DNA of 64,000 nucleotides from Alphaproteobacteria bacterium UBA3760 (GCA_002371155.1 DFGC01000005.1:20024-84023), one strand, 5' to 3'; counted from the first letter of the stretch, positions 1 through 9,663 are shown. Notes: a model not told the origin generated them from the letters alone. Translations and numbers: made by a program.

Positions 1-761
1 GTGCAGTTTCGGTCAATTTTGATTATTTGGCAGACAAAGACAGAAAGTTGAAAAATTTATGGGAGAGTTGTTTTTCATCAGGTGGAACAATGCGGTCTGC
101 GTTGAAAAAATGGGTTGATGATTTGCAATATGGCGATATGTTTAATGAAGATGCGGATACTTTGGATTTACAATCAAGATTGACAACTTTTGATTTTACA
201 GATATTTTACAAGACCCGGTTTTGGCACCTGCGGTGATTTCATATATTTTACACAGAATAAATAATACAACGGTGTCGGGTGGAAATCCGTCGTTGATTA
301 TGATTGATGAAACCGCGCCTATGTTGGAAAACAAAATGTTCCGTGATAATTTTATTGCGGGTTTGCAAGAAGGTCGTAAAAATCGTCAGGCATATATGGT
401 TGCGTTCCAACGCGCAAATGTATTGGATAAACTGGGGATTGGTGATGTTGTTCGTGGTCAGGCACAAACGGTTATGTTTTTCAGAAACCCCGGCGCGGAT
501 TTATCGGACTATGAACATTGGAAATTAAATCCGTTGGAAATGGCGTTTATTCAAGGCAAGGCATATCCAAATTTGAAAAGGGCGGTGTTGTTGTCGCGGC
601 CGGTGAATAATGAGTCTGTTATTTTGAATACAGAATTGGGAGGTTTGGGCAATTTATTAAAATTGTTCGAATCAGGGCGTTCGTCGGTATTATTAGCCGA
701 AGAATTATATAAATCGTATGGGAGCGCATTTGTAGAAGAATATCTGAAAAAAAATGTTTAG
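1..761 (+). CDS. virB4: VirB4/TrbE-family type IV secretion ATPase, C-terminal fragment (gene starts upstream of the window)
   Basis: The frame is open from the window start to the stop at 761. It carries an IDE (Walker B-like) segment and the conserved VirB4 C-terminal block (RKNRQAYMVAFQ...TVMFFRNPGADLSDYE...LNPLEMAFI...VLLSRPV...ILNTELGGL). Confidence 0.6.
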   Translation, partial: AVSVNFDYLADKDRKLKNLWESCFSSGGTMRSALKKWVDDLQYGDMFNEDADTLDLQSRLTTFDFTDILQDPVLAPAVISYILHRINNTTVSGGNPSLIMIDETAPMLENKMFRDNFIAGLQEGRKNRQAYMVAFQRANVLDKLGIGDVVRGQAQTVMFFRNPGADLSDYEHWKLNPLEMAFIQGKAYPNLKRAVLLSRPVNNESVILNTELGGLGNLLKLFESGRSSVLLAEELYKSYGSAFVEEYLKKNV

Positions 762-1380
762 ATTTTTTACCTTTTGGTTGGCTTGTTTTGTAATTACTGC
801 GGGCTATGCAGAAGATAAATGTGTCGCTTATAAAACAAGACCTGGGGTCCAAATAAAAAAACCCGATTGGGTGAAAAAAGTAGGGCAACCGTTGCGTATG
901 ATGGATTTATATCATGGTAATGTCATTGCAACATTGGTTGATGAATATGATATTGTTGTAAATGTCAATGAATTACCAAATAATGATGGGTTTTGTGTGG
1001 GTATCAAAGATATAAATGCAACAATCGGTTATAGTGATTTCTTGGTCAAGGTTGATATGCGACATAAATTCGGGTCGTGTTCGTATAAAACGGTTTTGGA
1101 ACATGAAGGCGAACATATAAACGCATATTTGTCGGTTATTGATGATTTCCAAGATGATTTGAAAAAATCTGTTTATACGGCGGCAAATTCTATTATACCA
1201 ATTTATGTTAAAAAAGAAGAAGATATTGATGATGCAATTGATAATTTGAATTATAAATTGCAACATCATCCAGATGTTGTTTTGGTTAAACAACAAATTT
1301 CTGCGGCCGAAGAATTGCGCAATGAAAAAATCGATGAAGATAACAGTCAGTATGAAGAATTGAAAAAGTGTAATGGTTAA
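754..1380 (+). CDS. secreted protein with HExxH zinc-metallopeptidase-like motif (HEGEHIN), DUF922-like; paralog 1
   Basis: N-terminal signal peptide and a conserved H-E-x-x-H-I-N motif shared with the next ORF. The start overlaps the virB4 stop by 8 nt. Confidence 0.5.
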   Translation: MFRFFTFWLACFVITAGYAEDKCVAYKTRPGVQIKKPDWVKKVGQPLRMMDLYHGNVIATLVDEYDIVVNVNELPNNDGFCVGIKDINATIGYSDFLVKVDMRHKFGSCSYKTVLEHEGEHINAYLSVIDDFQDDLKKSVYTAANSIIPIYVKKEEDIDDAIDNLNYKLQHHPDVVLVKQQISAAEELRNEKIDEDNSQYEELKKCNG

Positions 1381-2044
1381 AAAATTATTCTGTGTTTTGT
1401 TATGTTTCGGATTTGTTTTTCATGCGAATGCGGATGAAAATCGTTGTGCGAAATATAAAAAAATTCCACAAATAAATGTTAAACGCGCAGATTGGAAAAC
1501 AACGGTCAGTCAATCAGATGATGATTTATGGCCGCGTGCGGGTTATGTTAAAATTGAACCGTTCAGTTCTTTTTTGCCGGGGGTTTCGTATACTTTTGAT
1601 GGCAGATATTATTGTGTGTTGTTGGAATCGGTAAATGTTGAAATTGGATTTAATGATTTTAATATTTTTGTCGATAAAAAATATGAGAAAGATTCTTGTG
1701 AATATAATGCGGTGTTGAATCATGAAAATCATCATATAAATGATGCGGTTGCGGCGTTTGATGTGGTTTTCCCAAAAATTGAAATTGCATTGCGTGATAT
1801 TGTAAATAATATAGAACCTGTTTATACTCAAAATGTTGATGAAATTCCGGTGATTGTTGAAAATATGCAAAATAAAATTGTGAAAGATGAAAGTCTGAAA
1901 AAATTAGTTGATGATTTCAAAGAACAATTGCAATCTGATGCGCATGATTTAGATGATGCGCCAACCGACGAATTTAATAAATGCACAGCCGATAGAGTGA
2001 AAAAGGCTTTTGAAAAATATAACAAGAAAAAAGGTTTGTTGTGA
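1373..2044 (+). CDS. secreted HExxH-motif protein (HENHHIN), paralog 2
   Basis: Signal peptide. It shares the Cys/Trp spacing and the HExxHIN motif with the 754..1380 product. Its start overlaps the previous stop. Confidence 0.5.
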   Translation: MVKKLFCVLLCFGFVFHANADENRCAKYKKIPQINVKRADWKTTVSQSDDDLWPRAGYVKIEPFSSFLPGVSYTFDGRYYCVLLESVNVEIGFNDFNIFVDKKYEKDSCEYNAVLNHENHHINDAVAAFDVVFPKIEIALRDIVNNIEPVYTQNVDEIPVIVENMQNKIVKDESLKKLVDDFKEQLQSDAHDLDDAPTDEFNKCTADRVKKAFEKYNKKKGLL

Positions 2045-2391
2045 AAGATAAAATTGTAAAATTTGTAAAACAAGAATATGGGGCGAAACCTGAATATTTA
2101 TGGAAAAAATATCCGACATTTTGTGTGTTTCGGCATGTGGATAATAACAAATGGTTTGCGTTGGTTGCAACATTGCCGCGTAAAATATTGGGTGTATCTG
2201 GGGACGGCATGGTTGATTTTATAAATGTTAAATGCGATAAAGAAACTATCGATTTTTTTCATGGTGTAAATGGTATTTTGCCGGCATATCATATGAATAA
2301 ACAAAACTGGATAACGGTTTTATTGGACGGCACCGTGCCAGAAAAAAATGTAAAAAAACTGATTAGTATGTCGTTCGATTTAACAAAATAA
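2041..2391 (+). CDS. YjbR/MmcQ-family small protein
   Basis: 116 aa with the typical KWFALV...VKCD...LLDG pattern. It overlaps the preceding stop by 4 nt, so it is in the same operon as virB4 and the HExxH genes. Confidence 0.5.
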   Translation: MKDKIVKFVKQEYGAKPEYLWKKYPTFCVFRHVDNNKWFALVATLPRKILGVSGDGMVDFINVKCDKETIDFFHGVNGILPAYHMNKQNWITVLLDGTVPEKNVKKLISMSFDLTK

Positions 2392-2563
2392 AACCCGCCC
2401 AAAATGATGGGGGATTTTTAATATTTTTTTGATTTTGTGGGATAGGGCGGGAAGAAATGTAAAAATAATAAAGAGCAAGATTGAGGACAGGGGATGGAAT
2501 TCGCTCGTCTGGAACCATGGCAACAATGGCGGGGGATGGGTTTCGCGAAAATATGGCACAAGT

Positions 2564-2665
2564 CCGCCTTCGCTGATAAGCATAAATTTTTTTGCAAGAT
2601 TACGGACAATGCTACGGCGGGACACTGAATTTTCTAAAAAAAATACCGCGCAAGCGGTATTTTTA
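2564..2665 (+). ncRNA. candidate small RNA / repeat family R2, copy 1 (CCGCCTTCGC...ACGGACAATGCTACGGCG...TTTCTAAA + hairpin + U-run)
   Basis: About 100-nt non-coding stretch ending in the palindromic hairpin ATACCGCGCAAGCGGTAT plus a T-run. A second copy with the same conserved blocks lies at 48909..48994. Confidence 0.3.
2643..2665. terminator. bidirectional rho-independent terminator (perfect palindrome ATACCGCGCAAGCGGTAT flanked by T-runs on both strands)
   Basis: 18-nt perfect palindrome with TTTTT on the plus strand and TTTTTTT on the minus strand immediately 3' of tRNA-fMet. Confidence 0.5.
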
Positions 2666-2674
2666 GAAAATTCG

Positions 2675-2751
<77 letters not shown>

Positions 2752-2848
2752 ATGATAGGCTATATTATATACTAAATTATATTCCTGTCAATTAAAAATC
2801 ATTTTTTACCGGTGTTTTTTGCATTTTTTGTGTTTTTTCTTTGTTCCC

Positions 2849-2877
2849 TTGCATTGTTTTTTTATTGTTGCTATGAT
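2849..2877 (+). promoter_or_regulatory. putative sigma70 promoter (TTGCAT-17-TATGAT) for the acyltransferase-lpxK-lpxC operon
   Basis: The -35 and -10 elements have 17-bp spacing about 30 nt upstream of the ATG at 2905. Confidence 0.3.
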
Positions 2878-2904
2878 TTTTTTATATTTATATGGTGGGC
2901 TGTT

Positions 2905-3687
2905 ATGGCAAGAAGTAAATTTAGAAAGTATGTTTTAGACCCTTTTTTGGGGCTGGATATTGTTCAATGGTGTATTGCGGTGCCGGTCGCAATTATCATG
3001 TGGTTGATGTTTATCACATGTTGCACGCATATTCGCAATAAAAAGGTTTTGAAAGAATATTCTAAAAAGCCGGCTGTGTTCGTGTTGTGGCATGGGCGGA
3101 CGATGATACCGACATTGGTTATGGGGTTGTATGGTATGCATGCATGTGCCGTCACCAGTCGCAATAAAGACGGGAGACTTATGGCGAAAATTCAGCATTT
3201 GTTTGGTGCGCGTGCCGTGTATGGCAGTACCAGCAACGGTGCGGTGTCTGTATTGCGGGCGGGGGTGCGTGTGTTGCGGAACGATGGGCGCAGTATTGTT
3301 ATGTGTCCCGATGGCCCCAGTGGCCCGTCTTTGCGATTGCAAGATGGTGCGATGTATTATGCAAAAATGGCGGATGTGCCAATTATTCCGGTATGCTTTG
3401 CGTCGTCGAAATCATGGTTCCAGACGCGTTGGGACCGGTATTTGATTGCGTTGCCGTTTTCTAAAAATATTATGGATGTGGGTGAGCCTATATTTGTAAA
3501 ATCAAAAATAAAATCGCCGGAATTTGAAAAAGAACGCAAAAAAATCGAGGATATTTGTGTTAAACAAATGCGTGATTTGGATAAAATGTTTAATTTAATG
3601 CAGGTCGAACAAGATATGACGGCGTCTGAATTCAAACAAAGAATGCGCGAAGCAAAAAAATTGCAAAAACAGGTAAATAAAAAATGA
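2905..3687 (+). CDS. DUF374-like lipid A-associated acyltransferase family protein (lysophospholipid acyltransferase-like)
   Basis: It lies upstream of lpxK and is translationally coupled to it, with an N-terminal TM segment. The start is taken at MARSKF (2905) rather than the upstream in-frame M, whose poly-F leader looks non-coding. Confidence 0.45.
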   Translation: MARSKFRKYVLDPFLGLDIVQWCIAVPVAIIMWLMFITCCTHIRNKKVLKEYSKKPAVFVLWHGRTMIPTLVMGLYGMHACAVTSRNKDGRLMAKIQHLFGARAVYGSTSNGAVSVLRAGVRVLRNDGRSIVMCPDGPSGPSLRLQDGAMYYAKMADVPIIPVCFASSKSWFQTRWDRYLIALPFSKNIMDVGEPIFVKSKIKSPEFEKERKKIEDICVKQMRDLDKMFNLMQVEQDMTASEFKQRMREAKKLQKQVNKK

Positions 3688-4625
3688 AAACACCAAAATG
3701 GTTTATGAAAAAAAATCTGGTTGCAATTTTATTATTGCCGTTGGCGGGTGTTTATTATTTATCCAGTCGGGCTGTGTTCAAATTGCGTGCGCGAAACCCG
3801 TTGCAATCAAAACGAAAAATTGTATGTATCGGAAATATTTTGGCGGGCGGTGTTGGTAAAACACCCATTGTGCGTCAGATTGCTGAATTTTTGGATGCGC
3901 CGGTTGTTATGCGTGGGTATAAACAAACACAATATACAAATGGTATCGGGGACGAGGCAATAATGCTGGCGCGGGGTGGATTAAATGTTCACACCGGGGA
4001 CAGAAAAAGTAATATCATTTTGTTGAATAAACAAAAATCCAAAAACCCAATTGTGATGGATGATGGATTCCAAAACCCAGCAATTAAAAAAGATATTTCT
4101 GTGATTGTTATAGATGAAAATTTTGGATTCGGTAATGGATTTTTGTTGCCGGCGGGACCAAAGCGCGAAACGGTTGCAGCGTTAAATCGTGCGGATGCGG
4201 TTATTATTATGCAAAATGCGCGTGCGCCAAAAAAATATCAAAGTCAAAAAAGTGTTCGGGACGCGTTAAAATTGCCTGAAAAAATGCCAGTGTTTTTTGC
4301 AGAAAATACTACGATTTCACCGTATGCGGAAAACGAGCCATTGGTTGCGTTTGCGGGAATTGGGTATCCGAAAAAGTTCTTTGACCGGTTGAAAAATGTT
4401 GTTGTGAAAAAATCTTTCCCAGACCATTATCAATATAATGATAAAGATTTGAAATATTTATTCGATTTGGCAAATAAAAATGATGCGCGTTTAATTACAA
4501 CTGAAAAAGATTGGGTGCGGTTGCCGGTGGATGTGCGCGATGAAATTAAATATGCCAAGTTGGAAACAAAAATAGAATCTAAATTTTTTGATTGGTTAGA
4601 GGGAAAATTAAATGGCGACTTTTAA
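3684..4625 (+). CDS. lpxK: tetraacyldisaccharide 4'-kinase
   Basis: P-loop GNILAGGVGKTP characteristic of LpxK, 313 aa, overlaps neighbours on both sides. Confidence 0.8.
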   Translation: MKTPKWFMKKNLVAILLLPLAGVYYLSSRAVFKLRARNPLQSKRKIVCIGNILAGGVGKTPIVRQIAEFLDAPVVMRGYKQTQYTNGIGDEAIMLARGGLNVHTGDRKSNIILLNKQKSKNPIVMDDGFQNPAIKKDISVIVIDENFGFGNGFLLPAGPKRETVAALNRADAVIIMQNARAPKKYQSQKSVRDALKLPEKMPVFFAENTTISPYAENEPLVAFAGIGYPKKFFDRLKNVVVKKSFPDHYQYNDKDLKYLFDLANKNDARLITTEKDWVRLPVDVRDEIKYAKLETKIESKFFDWLEGKLNGDF

Positions 4626-5550
4626 GAAAAAATTTGAAATAAACGGTGTTGGTATTCACAGTGGTGCGCCGGTGCGTATGGTTGTGCGTCCGCGCAAAGC
4701 GTCGGGAATTGTTTTTTATCGTGTTGATTTGGATAAAAATTTTCCCATAGATGCAATTTATTCAAATGTTGGGGAAACCAGATTCAGAAATACAACAATT
4801 GGTCAATTAAATGGCCCGCATGTCAAAACAATTGAACATTTTATGGCGGCGTTGCATGTTGTTGGTGTTGACAGTGCCGTTGTTGAAATAGATGGTGCCG
4901 AGGTTCCAATATTAGATGGCAGTGCGTATGAATTTGTTGAAAAATTTTTGTCGGTTGGTGTTGTTGGTGGAAAACCTAAAAAAATTATTGTTAAAAAAGA
5001 AGTTATTGTAAAATCCGCAGATGCGAAAAAAAATGTGCCGTTTTTGGAAAGGGCTAAATTTTGGATTTTGAATAAATTGGCGGGGCGAAAAACAGACGGT
5101 TTTGTAAAATTGTCCCCAAATGATGGGCGTGCGTTAAATATTACGGCGACATTGGTGTATCCTGAAAAAATTATTGGGGCGCAAAGTTTTTCTTATAAAT
5201 ACGATGGAACGAAAAAATCGCGCGATGTGTTTATTCGTGATGTTGCGCGTGCACGAACATTTGGAAAAATTTCTGAATGGGAAACATTAAAACGGCATGG
5301 TATGGGGCGGGGCGCATCGGAACATAATGTGATTGCCGTAAATGCCACAGGCGATGGGACATTAAATAAATTATATTGGGCTGATGAATTTGTTCGGCAC
5401 AAGGTTGTCGATGCGTTTGGTGATATGTTTACATCGGGTGGAATTATCATTGGTGATTTGGTGTCAAACAAGGGCAGTCATGCAATGAATAATTTGGTTC
5501 TGCGTAAATTATTTAGCGACCCGGAAAATTATGAAATTGTTGAAAAATAA
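4612..5550 (+). CDS. lpxC: UDP-3-O-acyl-N-acetylglucosamine deacetylase
   Basis: 312 aa. N-terminus KKKFEINGVGIHSGAPVRMVVRP and the conserved HF..A and G....H blocks of LpxC. Confidence 0.85.
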   Translation: MATFKKKFEINGVGIHSGAPVRMVVRPRKASGIVFYRVDLDKNFPIDAIYSNVGETRFRNTTIGQLNGPHVKTIEHFMAALHVVGVDSAVVEIDGAEVPILDGSAYEFVEKFLSVGVVGGKPKKIIVKKEVIVKSADAKKNVPFLERAKFWILNKLAGRKTDGFVKLSPNDGRALNITATLVYPEKIIGAQSFSYKYDGTKKSRDVFIRDVARARTFGKISEWETLKRHGMGRGASEHNVIAVNATGDGTLNKLYWADEFVRHKVVDAFGDMFTSGGIIIGDLVSNKGSHAMNNLVLRKLFSDPENYEIVEK

Positions 5551-5588
5551 TTTTTAATGTATAAATCAAAGGAACAAAGGAGAAAAAT

Positions 5589-5918
5589 ATGAAAAAAATT
5601 ATTTTGTGTTTGTGTGTGGCGTTGTTGACGGCGTGTAATCATACGGTTGATGTATCGGAAAAATCGTCTGATTTAATCCAGGTTGCGTCTGCGCCAGAAA
5701 ATTGTGTGTTTTTGTATAAAATAAATGCAGATGCGTCGGTGTATTCCCATGATGACGCAATTCAATACTTGAAAAATCGGATTGTGGCACAAAACAAAAC
5801 CGGTAATGTGTTTTGGTTAGAAAAAGATGAAAAACAACAAAATTCATGGGTGATGTTTGGGCCTGAATATAAATATATTATGACGGCGCGTGTGTATGAT
5901 TGTGGTGGGAAAAAATAA
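5589..5918 (+). CDS. small lipoprotein, hypothetical
   Basis: Signal peptide with an LTAC lipobox and a good RBS (AAGGAG). 109 aa. Confidence 0.45.
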   Translation: MKKIILCLCVALLTACNHTVDVSEKSSDLIQVASAPENCVFLYKINADASVYSHDDAIQYLKNRIVAQNKTGNVFWLEKDEKQQNSWVMFGPEYKYIMTARVYDCGGKK

Positions 5919-5944
5919 TTTTGGTAAATTGTGTTATTATATGT

Positions 5945-5974
5945 TTGCCAAAGATTGTATTTTTTTGTTATAAT
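5945..5974 (+). promoter_or_regulatory. putative sigma70 promoter (TTGCCA-17/18-TATAAT) for the pilus-like operon
   Basis: Near-consensus -35 and -10 elements lie 25 nt upstream of the AGGAGA RBS and the TTG start at 5997. Confidence 0.35.
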
Positions 5975-5996
5975 CATATTCAGGAGAGATTGAAAA

Positions 5997-7286
5997 TTGT
6001 CAGACAAGGTTAGTGGTTCTTTTGCGGCGGCGGGTCGGACCGATGTGTTGCGCGTGAACAAGAAAAAGTTCGCGGTGGGTTTGTTTTGGCAACCGGTCGC
6101 GGTCGGATATACTCCGCGGAACTATGCCAAGATATTGGCGAAAAATTCCAAGACAGATGCAAATTTGTTTGTTGAATATCGGTCGATGGTTGGCTTGGCC
6201 GCCAAGGCGCGTGGTGGATTTTCGGGAATGCCATCGGCGGCGGCGGAAATTGTTGATGCGTTGAGTGAATATTCATCTTTCTTGGCGGTGTTTTTAATCG
6301 ATAAAAAATATTATTTGTTGGCGGTGCGTAATGGTGTCATTTTGGCGGATAAATTATTTGATTCTGATTCAGATGCCCGCGCAGAATATGCAAAATATGC
6401 AAAAATTCCTGATTGGTCGGCGTTTATTGCACCAAATTCGTGGGGAATACCGCGTGCAATTGAAAAACATCTGAATTTATTGTTGCCGCGTAAAACAAGA
6501 TATCATTTGCGCCCAATCAGTCGGTGGCCGTCCAGAATTTTGTCTGTTATTTTGTTGGTTGGTTTTTTTGCGCTGGTTTATTTTATTTTTCGTGAACCAA
6601 TCGATAAAATGCGTGAACATAAACCTGTGCAATTAGACCCAGAATTGGTCGCGGAATATAAACGCCAGGTCGAAGAAAAAAATAAAGAATTGGATGCGCA
6701 ATTCGAAATAAAAAAAGAAGAAGTTAAACCGTTGGTTATGCCGTATTCTGAATTGCCGGTGCCAATGGCGCGCGCCAAACAATGTTATCAGGCAATTGGA
6801 TTTTTAATGCAACCGATAACCGGATGGGTGCAAACAAATGTTTCGTGTGATGAAACAACCGCCACAGCCGAATTTACCAGAAAATATGGTTCGTTGGATG
6901 CGTTCTATGTTATGGCGGAAAAATTTCTGCCGGGGGTAAATGTTGATGAATTAAACGAAGATACTTTGCGTGTGAATGTTGCGTTGCCTGAAATTCCACG
7001 CGCCGCGTCCCAAGATGAAAATGATGCGTTGACGGTTGAAAGAAATGTTATCAGTCTGTTTCAATCGATTGATACAGACGCAAAAACAAATGTTGTTGTT
7101 GATACATTGTCAAACGGTGTTGATACGGCAAATTTGAATATTGTCGAAATCGAGGTTTCTTCTAAATTGTTGCCAATGCAATTTATAAAAATCTTTGACG
7201 ATTTTGGTGGTGTTTATATGACGCGTTGTTTGTGGAACGCGGTATCAAGGACTTGGAACTATGAGGTTATAATCTATGCAAAATAA
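5997..7286 (+). CDS. type IVb pilus biogenesis protein, R64 PilO-like (bitopic, central TM)
   Basis: 429 aa with one central TM (ILSVILLVGFFALVYFIF). It is the first gene of a four-gene module whose order and sizes match R64 pilO-pilP-pilQ-pilR. TTG start with a strong RBS. Confidence 0.45.
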   Translation: MSDKVSGSFAAAGRTDVLRVNKKKFAVGLFWQPVAVGYTPRNYAKILAKNSKTDANLFVEYRSMVGLAAKARGGFSGMPSAAAEIVDALSEYSSFLAVFLIDKKYYLLAVRNGVILADKLFDSDSDARAEYAKYAKIPDWSAFIAPNSWGIPRAIEKHLNLLLPRKTRYHLRPISRWPSRILSVILLVGFFALVYFIFREPIDKMREHKPVQLDPELVAEYKRQVEEKNKELDAQFEIKKEEVKPLVMPYSELPVPMARAKQCYQAIGFLMQPITGWVQTNVSCDETTATAEFTRKYGSLDAFYVMAEKFLPGVNVDELNEDTLRVNVALPEIPRAASQDENDALTVERNVISLFQSIDTDAKTNVVVDTLSNGVDTANLNIVEIEVSSKLLPMQFIKIFDDFGGVYMTRCLWNAVSRTWNYEVIIYAK

Positions 7287-8031
7287 AATTAAATTTTTTG
7301 GTTTGTTGTTGGTGATGTTTTCGTGTGTCGTATCGCATAATTCATATGCGGATGATGATTTGGTTGAAGAAACCATTGAATATGGTGATGTGGATTATAA
7401 TAATAAAACAGGATTGGAATATGCGTCTGATGCGATTGTCCAAGATATTATCGGCGCAACATCGGTTGCCGATTATGATGTCAATGGAACTGTGTTTCAA
7501 CAAATTACTGATTTGGAACAAGAAAAAGTTTTAATGCAATTGGAAAAAGAACGCGCACAATTGGATTTGGATTTGGACAGATTGGCGGCGGAAAAAATTA
7601 AATTGCAAATGGAAATGGATACACTGTCGGGACGCGCCGACCAAGAACGGCAAATTTTGCAAAATGAAAAATCAAAATTGGAAGCCGAGGCCGCCAGAAT
7701 CGAACAAGAAAAACGCGCGTTGAGTGCCGCCACAGAATCAACCGAGTATTCAAATGTTGAAACGCAAACACAACCGAAAAAATCTGCGCCGAAAAAGGTT
7801 GCCAGAAATGTCGAAGGCGATGATATTGCGTCATTATATAAATTGGTCAATGTTATGGGTGCGGGAAATCAATTACAGGCAACTTTGTCTGATTTGGAAA
7901 CAGGTCAAACCAAACGCGTCAGTGTTGGTAAAAAAATAGATGGATTTACCGTTAAATCAATTTCTTTGGAAGATGGTGTCGTGTTTAGTAAAGATGGCGA
8001 AACGCAAAATTTGAATATATCCAGTCGGTAA
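7276..8031 (+). CDS. type IVb pilus PilP-like periplasmic protein (signal peptide, coiled coil, C-terminal beta domain)
   Basis: Signal peptide, an extended coiled coil and a C-terminal GxxK..V..G..I.G block. It overlaps the upstream gene by 11 nt. Confidence 0.4.
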   Translation: MQNKIKFFGLLLVMFSCVVSHNSYADDDLVEETIEYGDVDYNNKTGLEYASDAIVQDIIGATSVADYDVNGTVFQQITDLEQEKVLMQLEKERAQLDLDLDRLAAEKIKLQMEMDTLSGRADQERQILQNEKSKLEAEAARIEQEKRALSAATESTEYSNVETQTQPKKSAPKKVARNVEGDDIASLYKLVNVMGAGNQLQATLSDLETGQTKRVSVGKKIDGFTVKSISLEDGVVFSKDGETQNLNISSR

Positions 8032-8035
8032 AAAA

Positions 8036-9661
8036 ATGAGTAAGAATAAAATTGATGATGATTTGTCAAAAAAAACATCTGTGCCGGATGGTATGGATGG
8101 TGCCGAGGCAAAAGAAATCGTCGATTATTTGTTTTCTAATGGAAACCGGTTGCTGACCGCGACGGGTGCGCGGATGGAATTGTCCAAAGATGTCCAAAGT
8201 TTAATTGCGTATTTTTCAGGTGGTGAAATTATTATTTCCAGAACACATAAATATGATGGGCGCGTGTTGGCTTTTTTGGATTTATTGCGTGAAAGAAATA
8301 TGCCAAAACGGATTCCGTTTTATTCTGATTTAGGATTGATTTCGGCAATATACAAAACATATGAAGACCGGTTGGGTAATGTTGTTCGTGCGCGCACCGA
8401 TTATGATAATCAGATGCAGAAAGATTTTGTTGATATTATCGCGCGGGCGGCCGCACAAAAGGTGTCTGATGTGCATATCGAGGTCGCAGACCAAACAACA
8501 ATTTATTTCCGTATAGATGGCAGTATGCAACCTGTGTTGGAATATAATTCGGCATGGGGTGAATCGTTTGTTCGTGCCGCGTTTGCGTCTGCGGATATTT
8601 CAAATTCGAATTATGCACAAAATGAATACCAATCGGCACAGAAAGACGGACGAACACCGTTGCGTGGAACCAAAGATTTATATCTGCCAAATGGTGTGAC
8701 CAGTATTCGTATGCAATTTAATCCGATTGCGTTTGGGTCGCGTTATGTCGTTATGCGATTGTTGTATGATAACCCGTCCGAAGGTATTAAAACAGAACAG
8801 GAATTTGGTGAATATGAACAAAATTTGTTGATGCGTTTGCGTGCGTATCCAACGGGTTTGGTGATTGTTGCGGGTCCGACATCGTCAGGTAAATCTACGA
8901 CTTTGGTGCGAAATATGGCGTTGATGTTAAAAGAACGTAATTATGAAATAAATATGATAACGGTGGAAAATCCGGTTGAACAAAAAATTTTTGGCGCGCA
9001 TCAGATGCCGGTTGTGAACGCTATGAACGAAGAACAACGCGATGAAAAATATACCGAGGCTTTGGCGGCGGCATTACGCAGCGACCCCGATACATTGATG
9101 GTTGGTGAAATACGAACTTTGGCGGCGGCACAGTTGACGGTGCGTGGTGCGTTGTCGGGGCATAATGTTTGGACAACATTGCATGCGAATTCTGCGATGG
9201 CGGCATTGACCCGTTTGTTGGATATGGGTGTTGAAAGTTTCAAGTTGAAAGATGAAACACTGATGCGCGGATTGGTGTCTATGCGGTTATTCAAAAAATT
9301 ATGTCCGCATTGTCGTGAACCGTTGGTAAATCATCCAGAACACCCGGCGTATCGGCGTGTCAAAGATGCGTTCGGTATGGTTGGTGTAAAGCAGACTTTT
9401 GTTCGTGGTCCCGGGTGCAGCGAGTGCAAAGGTTCGGGAACATTTGGACGAATCAAGGCGGGCGAAATCATTATTACAAACAGTGAATTTTTACGATTGG
9501 CATTGGCGGGGAATACTGATTTGGCCATGAAATATTGGTTGGAAGAAATGGACGGACGTACATTGAAAGAGGCCGCCGCGGAATTGATGTTAAAGGGTAT
9601 TATTGGTGTCGATGAATTAGAACGGTGGGTCGGATTATTGGATAGACCTGGGGAATATTAA
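8036..9661 (+). CDS. type IV pilus / type II secretion family assembly ATPase (GspE/PilB; R64 PilQ-like)
   Basis: Walker A GPTSSGKSTT, Asp box, His box and a C-terminal tetracysteine motif CPHC...C..C typical of GspE-family ATPases. Confidence 0.8.
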   Translation: MSKNKIDDDLSKKTSVPDGMDGAEAKEIVDYLFSNGNRLLTATGARMELSKDVQSLIAYFSGGEIIISRTHKYDGRVLAFLDLLRERNMPKRIPFYSDLGLISAIYKTYEDRLGNVVRARTDYDNQMQKDFVDIIARAAAQKVSDVHIEVADQTTIYFRIDGSMQPVLEYNSAWGESFVRAAFASADISNSNYAQNEYQSAQKDGRTPLRGTKDLYLPNGVTSIRMQFNPIAFGSRYVVMRLLYDNPSEGIKTEQEFGEYEQNLLMRLRAYPTGLVIVAGPTSSGKSTTLVRNMALMLKERNYEINMITVENPVEQKIFGAHQMPVVNAMNEEQRDEKYTEALAAALRSDPDTLMVGEIRTLAAAQLTVRGALSGHNVWTTLHANSAMAALTRLLDMGVESFKLKDETLMRGLVSMRLFKKLCPHCREPLVNHPEHPAYRRVKDAFGMVGVKQTFVRGPGCSECKGSGTFGRIKAGEIIITNSEFLRLALAGNTDLAMKYWLEEMDGRTLKEAAAELMLKGIIGVDELERWVGLLDRPGEY

Positions 9662-9663
9662 AA

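Noticed and set aside
2812-2904. N-terminal extension (MFFAFFVFFLC...) of the DUF374-like acyltransferase ORF
   Set aside because: The extension is encoded by a T-rich tract that contains a good TTGCAT-17-TATGAT promoter. The downstream ATG at 2905 (MARSKF) gives a typical N-terminus, so the long start was rejected.
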